Positions 37,735 through 46,743 of a stretch of DNA of 64,000 nucleotides are shown one piece after another (position 1 is the stretch's first letter; each line of letters begins with the position of its first letter). Where the stretch lies: positions 1 through 64,000 of IMG/VR virus record IMGVR_UViG_3300032304_002264. One strand, 5' to 3'. A model generated the notes under the pieces. That model worked only from the letters and a program-made list of their open reading frames with translations. It made no database searches and was not told where the DNA came from. The position numbers and the translations under genes were made by a program. This DNA is from a virus.

Positions 37735-38940
37735 ATGAATAATTTAAAAGAAAAATATATAGGCAAAAAAATAGATCATATGGACATACTGAACATCGAA
37801 GACGCAGCAAAAAAATCAGTGGGTAAAAAATCCATTATTGTTACGGGAGTAACTGGGCAAGATGGAAGTCACATGGTCGATTATCTTTTAGCTAATACGG
37901 ACTATGAAATTTTTGGATGCGTTCGTAGGCTTAGTGTTTATAATCATAAAAATATTTCTCATATCAATAATGAGCGTTTTCATTTGATTAATTTCGACCT
38001 TACTGACAGCCATTCAATTTCGAGAATCATTGAAAAGATCAAACCAGACTATTTTATTAATTTAGCAGCTCAAAGTTTTGTGGGCAGCAGTTGGGATTTC
38101 GCCCATCAAACTTGGGAAACGAATTCAACTTCCACCCTTCATATCCTTGAAGCAATTAGACTTTATCATCCCACCTGTAGGTTTTATCAAGCTGGCTCCT
38201 CAGAAGAGTTTGGCGACGTATCATACGTTCCTCAAGACGAGAAGCACCCATTGCGCCCAAGAAGCCCATACGGAGCATCTAAGGCGGCATCAAGGCAGCT
38301 TGTTAAGGTTTGGAGAGAGTCTTATAATCTTTATGCTATTCAAGGTTGGCTTTTTAATCACGAAGGAACTCGTAGAGGCGAAGAATTTGTTACTCGTAAA
38401 ATAACAAAAGCCGTCTCCCGTATTAAAAAAGCTCTCGATAACAATCAGCAATTTGATCCGCTTCAATTGGGAAATATTGATGCTCAAAGAGATTGGAGCG
38501 ATGCTGAAGATTTCGTAGATGGAATTTGGAGAATGCTTAATCAAGATCTCTACTATCTAAACAATATTGCGGAATACGAAGGGGACGCATTCGTCTTGGA
38601 GCTAGAAAATTTACCAAAATATATCAAAGAATATGTTTTATCATCCAATGAAACCCATTCTATCAGAGAATTCGTTGAACTGGCATTTAAAGCGGCTGGA
38701 ATCCAAGGCTATTGGGTGGGGTCGGGATTAAATGAAATGTTCTTGCAAAAAGAAACGGAAAGAGTATTGATGACGATCAATGAAAAATTTTATAGATTAG
38801 CCGAGGTTGAATTACTTCTTGGAGATTCTTCTAAAGCTAGAGCTGATTTAAACTGGCAACCGCAGACATCTTTTAAAGAACTTGTTCAAAAAATGACAAT
38901 TTACGATATTAATCTTCTCGATTCGCCAAAAAATGTGTAA
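37735..38940 (+). CDS. gmd: GDP-mannose 4,6-dehydratase
   Basis: VTGVTGQDGS, NLAAQSFV, YQAGSSEEFG, PRSPYGASK, LFNHE, FVTRKIT. Confidence 0.93.
   Translation: MNNLKEKYIGKKIDHMDILNIEDAAKKSVGKKSIIVTGVTGQDGSHMVDYLLANTDYEIFGCVRRLSVYNHKNISHINNERFHLINFDLTDSHSISRIIEKIKPDYFINLAAQSFVGSSWDFAHQTWETNSTSTLHILEAIRLYHPTCRFYQAGSSEEFGDVSYVPQDEKHPLRPRSPYGASKAASRQLVKVWRESYNLYAIQGWLFNHEGTRRGEEFVTRKITKAVSRIKKALDNNQQFDPLQLGNIDAQRDWSDAEDFVDGIWRMLNQDLYYLNNIAEYEGDAFVLELENLPKYIKEYVLSSNETHSIREFVELAFKAAGIQGYWVGSGLNEMFLQKETERVLMTINEKFYRLAEVELLLGDSSKARADLNWQPQTSFKELVQKMTIYDINLLDSPKNV
38935..38940 (+). promoter_or_regulatory. GTGTAA element formed by the last codon and stop of gmd
   Basis: 8 nt before ATG 38949. Confidence 0.65.
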
Positions 38941-38948
38941 ATATCTAC

Positions 38949-39806
38949 ATGGTCGGTAGATTTGCAATCAATAATAAGTTTGGTACTAAATACGCTATAG
39001 ATGAATTATCTTTCGCGGAAATCAAAGACGAAGCTTCTGCTTATTTTTTAGGTTTTCTTTATGCAGATGGAAGTATCGGGCATTATAATGGCGATTATTC
39101 AATACGTATAGAACTCCAAGATCAAGATCGAAAAATCTTAGAAGATTTTAGAGATTTTGTAAAATCTAATCGCCCCATATCAGACTCCTACAAGAAAGGA
39201 AAGAAATATTGCGCAATGCGCATTAGTAATAAAACGATTTATACCCACTTAACTAATAAGGGTATAATGCCCAGAAAAACTTTTACAATATCTTTCCCAT
39301 CAGAAGATATTGTCCCCAAGCATCTGTTGTCTCATTTTATTAGAGGATATTTTGATGGAGATGGTTGTATTACATGTTCAAAAAACAAGCAGAGTTCAAT
39401 CTCTTTTACAATAACATCTAATTTGCATTTTTTAGAAGGTTTACAGGAATTTTTAATAAATGAATTAGGTTTTTCAAAAACAAAAATCACAGCAACTAAA
39501 TCTATAGGTATTGGAACTCTCGTTTATAGTGGTAGTCTTAATGCAAAAAAGTTTTATAACTTCATTTACCAAGACGCAAAATTTTATTTGACAAGAAAAT
39601 TTGAAAAATTTTCATCAGTTCTTAAAAATATACAAAAATTAAAACAAAAATCCTATAGTCTTATATCTCCAACTGGTCAAGTGTTTGGTGTTTTCAATTT
39701 AAGAGAATTTTCATCTCAACACAAAATTAGCAAAAAAAGTATTTATGCCTTGGCAAAAGGAGAGAAAGATAGCGTCAAGGGTTGGAAACTTCTTTTCAAA
39801 ATTTAG
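38949..39806 (+). mobile_element. Free-standing LAGLIDADG homing endonuclease
   Basis: AYFLGFLYADG and FIRGYFDGDG; C-terminal DNA-binding-like domain; similar to 22962..23783. Confidence 0.85.
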
Positions 39807-39836
39807 TTGACAAAATGGTTTCTGCGGACATACTAT
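39807..39836 (+). promoter_or_regulatory. Sigma70-type promoter
   Basis: TTGACA with CATACT/TACTAT 16-18 nt later, 6-8 nt before ATG 39843. Confidence 0.6.
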
Positions 39837-39842
39837 CTCTCG

Positions 39843-40193
39843 ATGGCGAAGAGTAAGATCAGCAAAAAGCAAATACTCGCACGACTCACGCTTGTCCCCG
39901 CAAAGGATAAGCGTTTGTTTTACATGCGAGAAATGAAGTTCTTGAACGACTTGTGCGAACGATACTCGCTTGAGTTCATGAACATTGTTTCTTTTGACAA
40001 GAAGTTCGATTCGCTAGCCTATATAGTCTGCGACAAGCTAGAAGAAACGATGGATAAAAAGTTTCGCGCATTCAATTTTAAGGTTGACTTATCCAAGTAT
40101 AGCGATTACGATATAGGAGAAAAGGTGGGTGAAGACTCCACGGTGGAGAAGAAAATTAAATCATTAAAGGACTTTTTAGATGGCGAAAATTAA
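39843..40193 (+). CDS. Hypothetical protein
   Basis: In-frame ATG at 39843; the track's TTG start is the -35 box. Confidence 0.6.
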   Translation: MAKSKISKKQILARLTLVPAKDKRLFYMREMKFLNDLCERYSLEFMNIVSFDKKFDSLAYIVCDKLEETMDKKFRAFNFKVDLSKYSDYDIGEKVGEDSTVEKKIKSLKDFLDGEN

Positions 40194-41322
40194 ACAAGAA
40201 AAAAATAAAGAAGTATTGAATTCCAGCTCCGTTCTAGGCTCGTTCCTAAAACAAAACTCTGAAGATCACTACAACTTTGAGGAAGAGATCGACTATAAAG
40301 TTTCCAGCGGTTCTCTGCAATTAGATTTGCGGCTGGGCGGAGGGCTATGCCCAGGTTTACACAGATTTTGCGGAATGAATGAGGGGGGTAAGACGAGCGC
40401 AGCGCTGTCATTCATGAAAAACTTTTTGACCTCAGTTCCAAATTCGAAAGGCTTTTACATTAAAGCGGAAGGTCGTCTCGGCAAAGAGATGAGAGAAAGA
40501 TCTGGCATTAATTTTGTTTTTAATGCCGAAGATTGGCAAGTCGGAACTTGTTTTGTATTTGAAAGCAACATCTATGAAACTGTTGTCGCCGCAATGCGCG
40601 AGCTGGTTACTAAAAACGAAGAAGATTGCCGCTATTATTTCCTGCTTGATTCTGTCGATGGTCTAATCACTAAGGGGGATCTTGACAAGGGTTTTGAGGA
40701 CTCTAACAAGGTGGCTGGCGGAGCGGTTATTGCAGCCAATTTCATGAAGCGCCTTTCGATTGCTCTCGCCAAGAGAGGACACATGGCGGTATTTATCAGT
40801 CAAGTTCGCGCAGATATTAAGCTTGATCCTTACTCAAAAGCTCCAGTGAGACAAACAACCGCTACGGGCGGAAACGCTCTGCTGCATTTTGCAAATTTCA
40901 TTCTTGAATTTGAACCTAGATACAAGGGGGACTTAATTCTCAAAAACCCTTCGGACAAAACCATTGACGCTGTAAATAACCCTATCATTGGGCATTTTGC
41001 TAAGGTGACTGTCAAAAAATCACCAAACGAAAAAACAAACCTAACCATATCCTATCCAATTAAATACGGTCGGACTAATGGCAATTCAGTTTGGATTGAG
41101 AAGGAAATTGTTGATTTGCTGCTTCTGTGGGAATTTCTTGTCAAGGGAGGTTCGTGGTATACTGCCACCGAAGAATTTGAAGAGCTTCTCGCCGAAAACT
41201 CTCTTCTTCCTATGGGGAAGGTGCAAGGACTAGATTCCGTGTTTAGTAAAATCGAACAAGACCAAGCCTTGAGTCAGTTTTTAATAAGCTACTTCAAGAA
41301 AGCGATTTGCGATGAAGTTTAA
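40180..41322 (+). CDS. recA: RecA-family recombinase
   Basis: SSGSLQLD..LGGGL, GMNEGGKT, LLDSVDGL, FISQVR, TGGNALLH, GGSWY. Confidence 0.85.
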   Translation: MAKIKQEKNKEVLNSSSVLGSFLKQNSEDHYNFEEEIDYKVSSGSLQLDLRLGGGLCPGLHRFCGMNEGGKTSAALSFMKNFLTSVPNSKGFYIKAEGRLGKEMRERSGINFVFNAEDWQVGTCFVFESNIYETVVAAMRELVTKNEEDCRYYFLLDSVDGLITKGDLDKGFEDSNKVAGGAVIAANFMKRLSIALAKRGHMAVFISQVRADIKLDPYSKAPVRQTTATGGNALLHFANFILEFEPRYKGDLILKNPSDKTIDAVNNPIIGHFAKVTVKKSPNEKTNLTISYPIKYGRTNGNSVWIEKEIVDLLLLWEFLVKGGSWYTATEEFEELLAENSLLPMGKVQGLDSVFSKIEQDQALSQFLISYFKKAICDEV

Positions 41323-41719
41323 AACCATTAATGGTTCTACTGCGGAACTTAAAAACGCCAAAAGATACTTAATCAAGTGGAGAGGCAAGAGTCGCAGCAA
41401 ATTTCAACTATCAGTAAAGCGGTTTCTTTTTCCATATTGGAAAAACGATATTGTTTTTGAGGAATTTAAGCTGGTGGGAACTCGCCTATCTTTTGATTTT
41501 TACAACGCAAATAAAAAAGTCGCCGTAGAAGTTCAGGGCGGACAGCACACCAAATATGTTGAATTTTTTCATGGCAACCGCTTCCAATATCTCCAACAAT
41601 TAAAAAGAGATGAAAAGAAATTAAAATTCTGTGAGGCGAACGAAATCATCCTTGTGGAAATTTATCCCAAGGACGAAATCAACGAAGAGCTTTTTTTATC
41701 GTTCGGAACGATTTTGTGA
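41312..41719 (+). CDS. Vsr/DUF559-like PD-(D/E)xK endonuclease
   Basis: FDFY..AVEVQGGQH..FFH..RDEKK..FC. Confidence 0.7.
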   Translation: MKFKTINGSTAELKNAKRYLIKWRGKSRSKFQLSVKRFLFPYWKNDIVFEEFKLVGTRLSFDFYNANKKVAVEVQGGQHTKYVEFFHGNRFQYLQQLKRDEKKLKFCEANEIILVEIYPKDEINEELFLSFGTIL

Positions 41720-41747
41720 TTGACAGCTTCGCAAAAAAGCTTATCCT
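41720..41747 (+). promoter_or_regulatory. Sigma70-type promoter
   Basis: TTGACA-16-TATCCT, 9 nt before ATG 41757. Confidence 0.65.
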
Positions 41748-41756
41748 AAGCTAAGT

Positions 41757-43265
41757 ATGATCTATAACTTAGAATTGGAAAAACAACTTTTGGCGGCGCT
41801 CATTAAAGAGCCCGAAAGCTACTGTGAGATTTCGAACTTTATTAGCCATAAGGATTTCTATAGCGAAGACTCTGATCTTCATGGTTCTATTTTCACGGTG
41901 ATCAAGCAAGCGATTGATACTGGAGACCAAATTGATGAGATCATTGTCGCGCAAAGAGTGTCTTCGCTTGGATTGTCTTTTGAGGACAGATTGAATCCTG
42001 CTGATTATATCCGTTCGCTTGCCATGCGCAAAGTTCCGAATGGCAATTTAATCAAGACAGCCAAAGAACTGAAGAAGTTCACCATTCGCAGAGAGCTATA
42101 TGAATCCGCTCAAGATATTGCGCGGAAAATGAAGTCTATTGCTCCAGAGTCGAGCTATACTCAGATCATTGGAGCGGCAGACGATTCGTATAATTCGCGC
42201 ATCAATCTTTATGAGATTGGAAACGATACCCCTGAAAACATCTATGATGAGATGGAGGCATTGATTGAGGAGCGCGGCAACAATCCCATTACCGAATTCG
42301 GCATGATGGGTCCTCATGAAAAGATCAATGAGATATACGGCTCTCTGCTTAGACCAGGAAATATTACAGTTATCGTAGCGAGGTCTGGTGTAGGTAAGAC
42401 TCAATGGTGCATGGATTATAGCACCAAAGTCTCTATGAAATACGGAGTTCCTGTGTTGCATTTTGATAATGGCGAAATGAGCAAAGAAGAGCTTATTATG
42501 CGTCAATGCGCGGCAATCTCAGGAGTTCCCATGCATCTGCTTGAAACTGGCAACTGGAGAAAAGCTGGCGCTGATGTGGTCGCTAAGGTGCGTTCCACTT
42601 GGGCGAAGGTTAAAGACCTCAAATTCTACTACTACAACGTTGGTGGTATGGATGTTGACGCAATGATTAAAGTCCTCAAGCGATTCTATTATGCAAAAGT
42701 TGGTCGCGGCAATCAAATGATTTTCTCATTCGACTATATCAAGACGACCTCCGAAGCTAGCGGCGGCAAGAATGAGTGGCAAGTAGTCGGTGAAATGGTG
42801 GACAAGTTCAAGAAGTGCATTCAAAAAGAAATTCTTCACGAAGGCGATCCAATTATCCCGATGATCACCTCTGTGCAATCTAACAGAAGCGGTATTACCA
42901 ATAACCGCCAATCACAAAACATTGTTGACGATGAAAGCATTGTGTCGCTATCCGACCGAATCACACAATTCTGCTCTCACATGTTTATTCTTCGTAATAA
43001 AACTGCCGATGAAATTGAAACAGAGGGTCGCAATTTCGGCACTCATAAAATCATCAATGTAAAAGCCCGACATCTTGGTAAGGATATCGCTGGAGCCGTT
43101 GAGCCTGTGCGTATTGGAGACTCTCTGCGTAAGAACTTTATCAATCTTGAGTTTCATAATTTCTGCATTACTGAAAAGGGAGACCTGCGAGATATTGCTC
43201 GTATCGCGGAAGGGGGAATGGACTTAGAAAATGACGAATCAGACGACACACCGAACTTCAATTGA
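41757..43265 (+). CDS. dnaB: Replicative DNA helicase
   Basis: ARSGVGKT, NGEMS, FDYIK, VQSNR, VKARH. Confidence 0.9.
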   Translation: MIYNLELEKQLLAALIKEPESYCEISNFISHKDFYSEDSDLHGSIFTVIKQAIDTGDQIDEIIVAQRVSSLGLSFEDRLNPADYIRSLAMRKVPNGNLIKTAKELKKFTIRRELYESAQDIARKMKSIAPESSYTQIIGAADDSYNSRINLYEIGNDTPENIYDEMEALIEERGNNPITEFGMMGPHEKINEIYGSLLRPGNITVIVARSGVGKTQWCMDYSTKVSMKYGVPVLHFDNGEMSKEELIMRQCAAISGVPMHLLETGNWRKAGADVVAKVRSTWAKVKDLKFYYYNVGGMDVDAMIKVLKRFYYAKVGRGNQMIFSFDYIKTTSEASGGKNEWQVVGEMVDKFKKCIQKEILHEGDPIIPMITSVQSNRSGITNNRQSQNIVDDESIVSLSDRITQFCSHMFILRNKTADEIETEGRNFGTHKIINVKARHLGKDIAGAVEPVRIGDSLRKNFINLEFHNFCITEKGDLRDIARIAEGGMDLENDESDDTPNFN

Positions 43266-44304
43266 TCCTGTTTCAATCAGACCGACTCTTGAAAAGATTG
43301 GTTATCGCTTGATTGATTGCGGAAATCATTGGCGCACAAAAGCTCTATATCGGGGCGGCGACAATGAAAGCGCCGTCTGCATCTATAAAAACACAGGAGT
43401 ATGGAGCGATTACGCGCAAGGCAGTCAAAAATTTCCTTTTGAAAGGCTTATCAAACTAACCTGTGGATCAGATCCTCAAACAATTAAAAAAATTCTTTCT
43501 TCGATTAACAAGTCGGAAGAATATGTATACGTCGAAAAACAAACAATCGAAATGGACGCAATCTATCCAGAATCAATACTAAACAATCTATTTCCAAATT
43601 TCTCTTTTTACAAAAAAAAGGGATTGTCGGAAGATACTTTAAATTTTTATAAAACTGGACTGGCTCAGTCTGGCAAGATGTATCGCCGAATGGTCTTTCC
43701 AATTTATAATGAATACAGTCAAATCGTTGGCTTTAGCGGTAGAAAGACTGACCTCGATAATGATAAAATCCCCAAATGGAAGCATATCGGTAAAAAAAGA
43801 AACTGGATTTACCCAGCGTTTATTCCAGCCGAAGAAACTGTCGATTCTATTATTCGCAAAACGGGAGAAGTTGTAATTGTCGAAAGCATTGGAGATAGCA
43901 TGGCTCTTTTTGAATCTGGAGTTAAAAACTCGCTAGTATCTTTTGGTTTAGGATGTCAGCCTGTCATGCTATCGTATCTAAGCTCTTTTTCAGTCAAGAG
44001 GATTGTCATAGCTGGCAATAACGATTCGGATGGAGAGAACCATGGTTACTTAGGTTGCGTTAAAACGCTATTGAATCTTTTGCCGTATTTTGATTTTAAT
44101 TGTATTGAGATTAATCTTCCGCCAGAAAATCATAACGATTTCTCAGATGCATTTACTTCTGGATTAGATCTTAAAAAATGGTATCATACGCCAGTAGACC
44201 GATCTCAATTTATCAAACAGTTAGTGACTTTCGTTGCTGCTAATAAGCAGAAATTTAAAGAAAAAGAGCTTTCTACATTACGAAAGGTCTTAAAATCCTC
44301 ATGA
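43231..44304 (+). CDS. DnaG-type primase
   Basis: RMVFPI..IVGFSGR..PKWKH, TOPRIM VESIGD and NND..G; N-terminal zinc domain degenerate. Confidence 0.85.
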   Translation: MTNQTTHRTSIDPVSIRPTLEKIGYRLIDCGNHWRTKALYRGGDNESAVCIYKNTGVWSDYAQGSQKFPFERLIKLTCGSDPQTIKKILSSINKSEEYVYVEKQTIEMDAIYPESILNNLFPNFSFYKKKGLSEDTLNFYKTGLAQSGKMYRRMVFPIYNEYSQIVGFSGRKTDLDNDKIPKWKHIGKKRNWIYPAFIPAEETVDSIIRKTGEVVIVESIGDSMALFESGVKNSLVSFGLGCQPVMLSYLSSFSVKRIVIAGNNDSDGENHGYLGCVKTLLNLLPYFDFNCIEINLPPENHNDFSDAFTSGLDLKKWYHTPVDRSQFIKQLVTFVAANKQKFKEKELSTLRKVLKSS

Positions 44305-45317
44305 GTGAGCCGAAAAATTCATTATCCGCAAGCAGAATTAAAACACTACAGTCTTGTAGCTGGATGTATTATGCGAAGTATGTTCTGGGCGTTCCAGATA
44401 AATCAAATGACGGCGCTAGTCGAGGCACAGTCTGCCACCTAGTATTCGAAGTTCTTGGTGATCGTCGTAGAAAAAAAACCTACGATAAAATCATTAAAAA
44501 ACAAGACCCTTTCGCGGTCAAGTCAATTGAAAAACTAATCATTAAACATGCGAAGCGTCTATCTGTAGATGATGATGACAATATTGAGTTGATTAAAAAA
44601 ATGATACTCAATGGACTCATGTATGACTTCTTCGGTCTGACCGCTGGCAAACCATCGCTAGCCGTATCAGAACAAGACTTTGATATTGTCGTCAATGACG
44701 GCAAATTTAAATACAAAATCAAAGGATTCATCGACAAACTTTTCCTTTACAAGAATAAAAAATTCGCATTAATTCGCGACTTTAAAACCAGCCGCGAAAC
44801 ATTTAAGGGGAAAGAGGTCAAAGACAACTTGCAAGATTATATGTATAGCCTTGCCGTGAAACATTTATTCCCCGAATTCTCGAATAGAGCAAGCGAGTTT
44901 TTATTTTTAAAGTTTGATTTGGACGACTCCAAAAATTCAGGAGTTGTTAAAATGGCTCCGATTACCGATGACGACCTAGAAGGTTTCGAGCATCAGCTTA
45001 CAGCGATTCAAGAATATCTAGATAACTTTTCAGAAAAAGATGCTCGTTCTAATTTTGCCGCGAGACAGCCCTATCCAACAGACAAGACGTTCAGCGGGCC
45101 ATTGTTGTGCGGATTTGCAAAATATCCAGATCAACTAAAGCTTGACGGAACGCCTATGTGGGCCTGTTCCTGCAAATGGCCTTTTGATTATTTCGTCGCC
45201 CTCGATGAGAATGGCAAGCAGTTAAAATCATATTTTAATGAATCGGATGTTCCAGAGGGGCAGAAATACGAAAAACGACACTACCAAGGTTGCCCTAGCC
45301 ATATAAAAAGAGCTTGA
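44301..45317 (+). CDS. RecB/Cas4-like PD-(D/E)xK exonuclease
   Basis: LSASRI..C, RGTVCH, KGFIDKL..IRDFKT, LQ..MY, C-terminal Cys residues. Confidence 0.8.
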   Translation: MSEPKNSLSASRIKTLQSCSWMYYAKYVLGVPDKSNDGASRGTVCHLVFEVLGDRRRKKTYDKIIKKQDPFAVKSIEKLIIKHAKRLSVDDDDNIELIKKMILNGLMYDFFGLTAGKPSLAVSEQDFDIVVNDGKFKYKIKGFIDKLFLYKNKKFALIRDFKTSRETFKGKEVKDNLQDYMYSLAVKHLFPEFSNRASEFLFLKFDLDDSKNSGVVKMAPITDDDLEGFEHQLTAIQEYLDNFSEKDARSNFAARQPYPTDKTFSGPLLCGFAKYPDQLKLDGTPMWACSCKWPFDYFVALDENGKQLKSYFNESDVPEGQKYEKRHYQGCPSHIKRA

Positions 45318-45342
45318 CAACCGAAAGAAATCCTGTCATCAT
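45314..45342 (+). promoter_or_regulatory. Sigma70-type promoter
   Basis: TTGACA-17-CATCAT, 7 nt before in-frame ATG 45350. Confidence 0.6.
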
Positions 45343-45349
45343 TTGTTCG

Positions 45350-46117
45350 ATGACACCAGTTTTCACAAGCCACTTTTCCATAGGCAAGTCAATTCTTACG
45401 CTGGAGCATCCAGATAAAGAAACATCGGATGGCCCCGACAGCATCTTTTCAATTGCGAAAGAAGGCGGACTCCAGCATTTGTTCCTAGTGGAAGAGTCAA
45501 TGATAGGCTTCTTTGGAGCTTTTAAAACTGCAAAAGAGCTTGGTATTAATTTGCATTTTGGATATAAATTCATATGCTGCAATTCCGACGCTAATAACAA
45601 ATCCAATCACAAACTCATAGCGTTTGCTAAAAACGATGATGGTTGCAGAGCTTTAAATAAATTGTATTCGTTTATCAACACTGGGCAAAATGGAGCGATT
45701 TCGAATGATGACCTCATCGCTCATTGGAGCGACGATTTAATGTTGGCTGTGCCGTTTTATGATTCGTTCATATTTAATAATCAAATGATTATGGGTAATT
45801 GCATTCCGAATATCGCACCGCTTAATCCTGTGTTTTTTGTTGAAGACAACGGATTGCCATTCGACGATCTTGTTAAAAGAGCTGTGCATCGGTATGTCAC
45901 CGAGAGAATTCCAACCGCTTCCATCGAATCGGTAAATTCTATTTTTTACAAATCTAAACACGATTGCGATGCATTTCAAACTTATAAAATTCTCAGCAAT
46001 CGTAAGTTCGGACGACAAGCTTCTCTTTCTTGCCCTAATTTAGATCACTTTGGCAGTGATGAATTTTGCTGGGAATCCTACTGCGAAAAACGTGACGCGA
46101 TGCTTAATAAACCATGA
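45350..46117 (+). CDS. Stand-alone PHP domain of DNA polymerase III alpha
   Basis: SHFSIGKSIL, LIAFAKNDDGCRALNKLYS typical of the DnaE N-terminus. Confidence 0.8.
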   Translation: MTPVFTSHFSIGKSILTLEHPDKETSDGPDSIFSIAKEGGLQHLFLVEESMIGFFGAFKTAKELGINLHFGYKFICCNSDANNKSNHKLIAFAKNDDGCRALNKLYSFINTGQNGAISNDDLIAHWSDDLMLAVPFYDSFIFNNQMIMGNCIPNIAPLNPVFFVEDNGLPFDDLVKRAVHRYVTERIPTASIESVNSIFYKSKHDCDAFQTYKILSNRKFGRQASLSCPNLDHFGSDEFCWESYCEKRDAMLNKP

Positions 46118-46743
46118 ACGACTTACTAAGATTCAAAAAACAACAGAACTACATCACCATTGATGTAGAGACCGAAGGCTTAAACCTTATATCATCTAAA
46201 CCTTGGCAAGTATCATGGATTATTTGTCGCGGCGATAAGATGATATCCAAACACGATCATTTCATTCGCTGGGACAACATCAATGTCTCTGCTGACGCTG
46301 CGCGAATTACGGGTTTTAATAAAAACCACTATTATGAAAAAGCGGAATCTCCCATCGAAGTTTTTAAACAGCTATCAAAGTATCTTTACGATCCATCGTT
46401 TTTAGTGATCGGGCAAAATCTTCTTGGGTTTGATGTTTATATGATCAATGTTTGGCGCAAGCTAATGGGGATGAAAAGCGATAATTCTTATGTCAATAGA
46501 GTAATTGATACCAAGTCTATCTCGACAGCCATCTTCAAGAACATTCTGCCCGACAAAGAAAACTTTTTATCATGGCAATATAAGATGTTGCATATTCGCG
46601 AAAAAGGTCTAAAAACCAATCAAGCTTTCATGCTTAAATATTACGATATTCCCCATGACCCCAAAAGACTACATGACAGTCTTTATGATGTCGAAATGAC
46701 TTTTGAGATTTTCAAAAAACAAATTTTTAACATTGATTTATGA
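46114..46743 (+). CDS. DEDDh 3'-5' exonuclease (DnaQ-like)
   Basis: DVETEG, GQNLLGFD, IDT, LHDSLYDV. Confidence 0.85.
   Translation: MNDLLRFKKQQNYITIDVETEGLNLISSKPWQVSWIICRGDKMISKHDHFIRWDNINVSADAARITGFNKNHYYEKAESPIEVFKQLSKYLYDPSFLVIGQNLLGFDVYMINVWRKLMGMKSDNSYVNRVIDTKSISTAIFKNILPDKENFLSWQYKMLHIREKGLKTNQAFMLKYYDIPHDPKRLHDSLYDVEMTFEIFKKQIFNIDL

Noticed and set aside
39807-39842. TTG starts at 39807 and 45314 in the ORF track
   Set aside because: Both are the TTGACA -35 box; in-frame ATGs lie 36 nt downstream.
44301-45317. Cas4 as part of a CRISPR system
   Set aside because: No array or other cas genes; such nucleases are common in phage replication modules.
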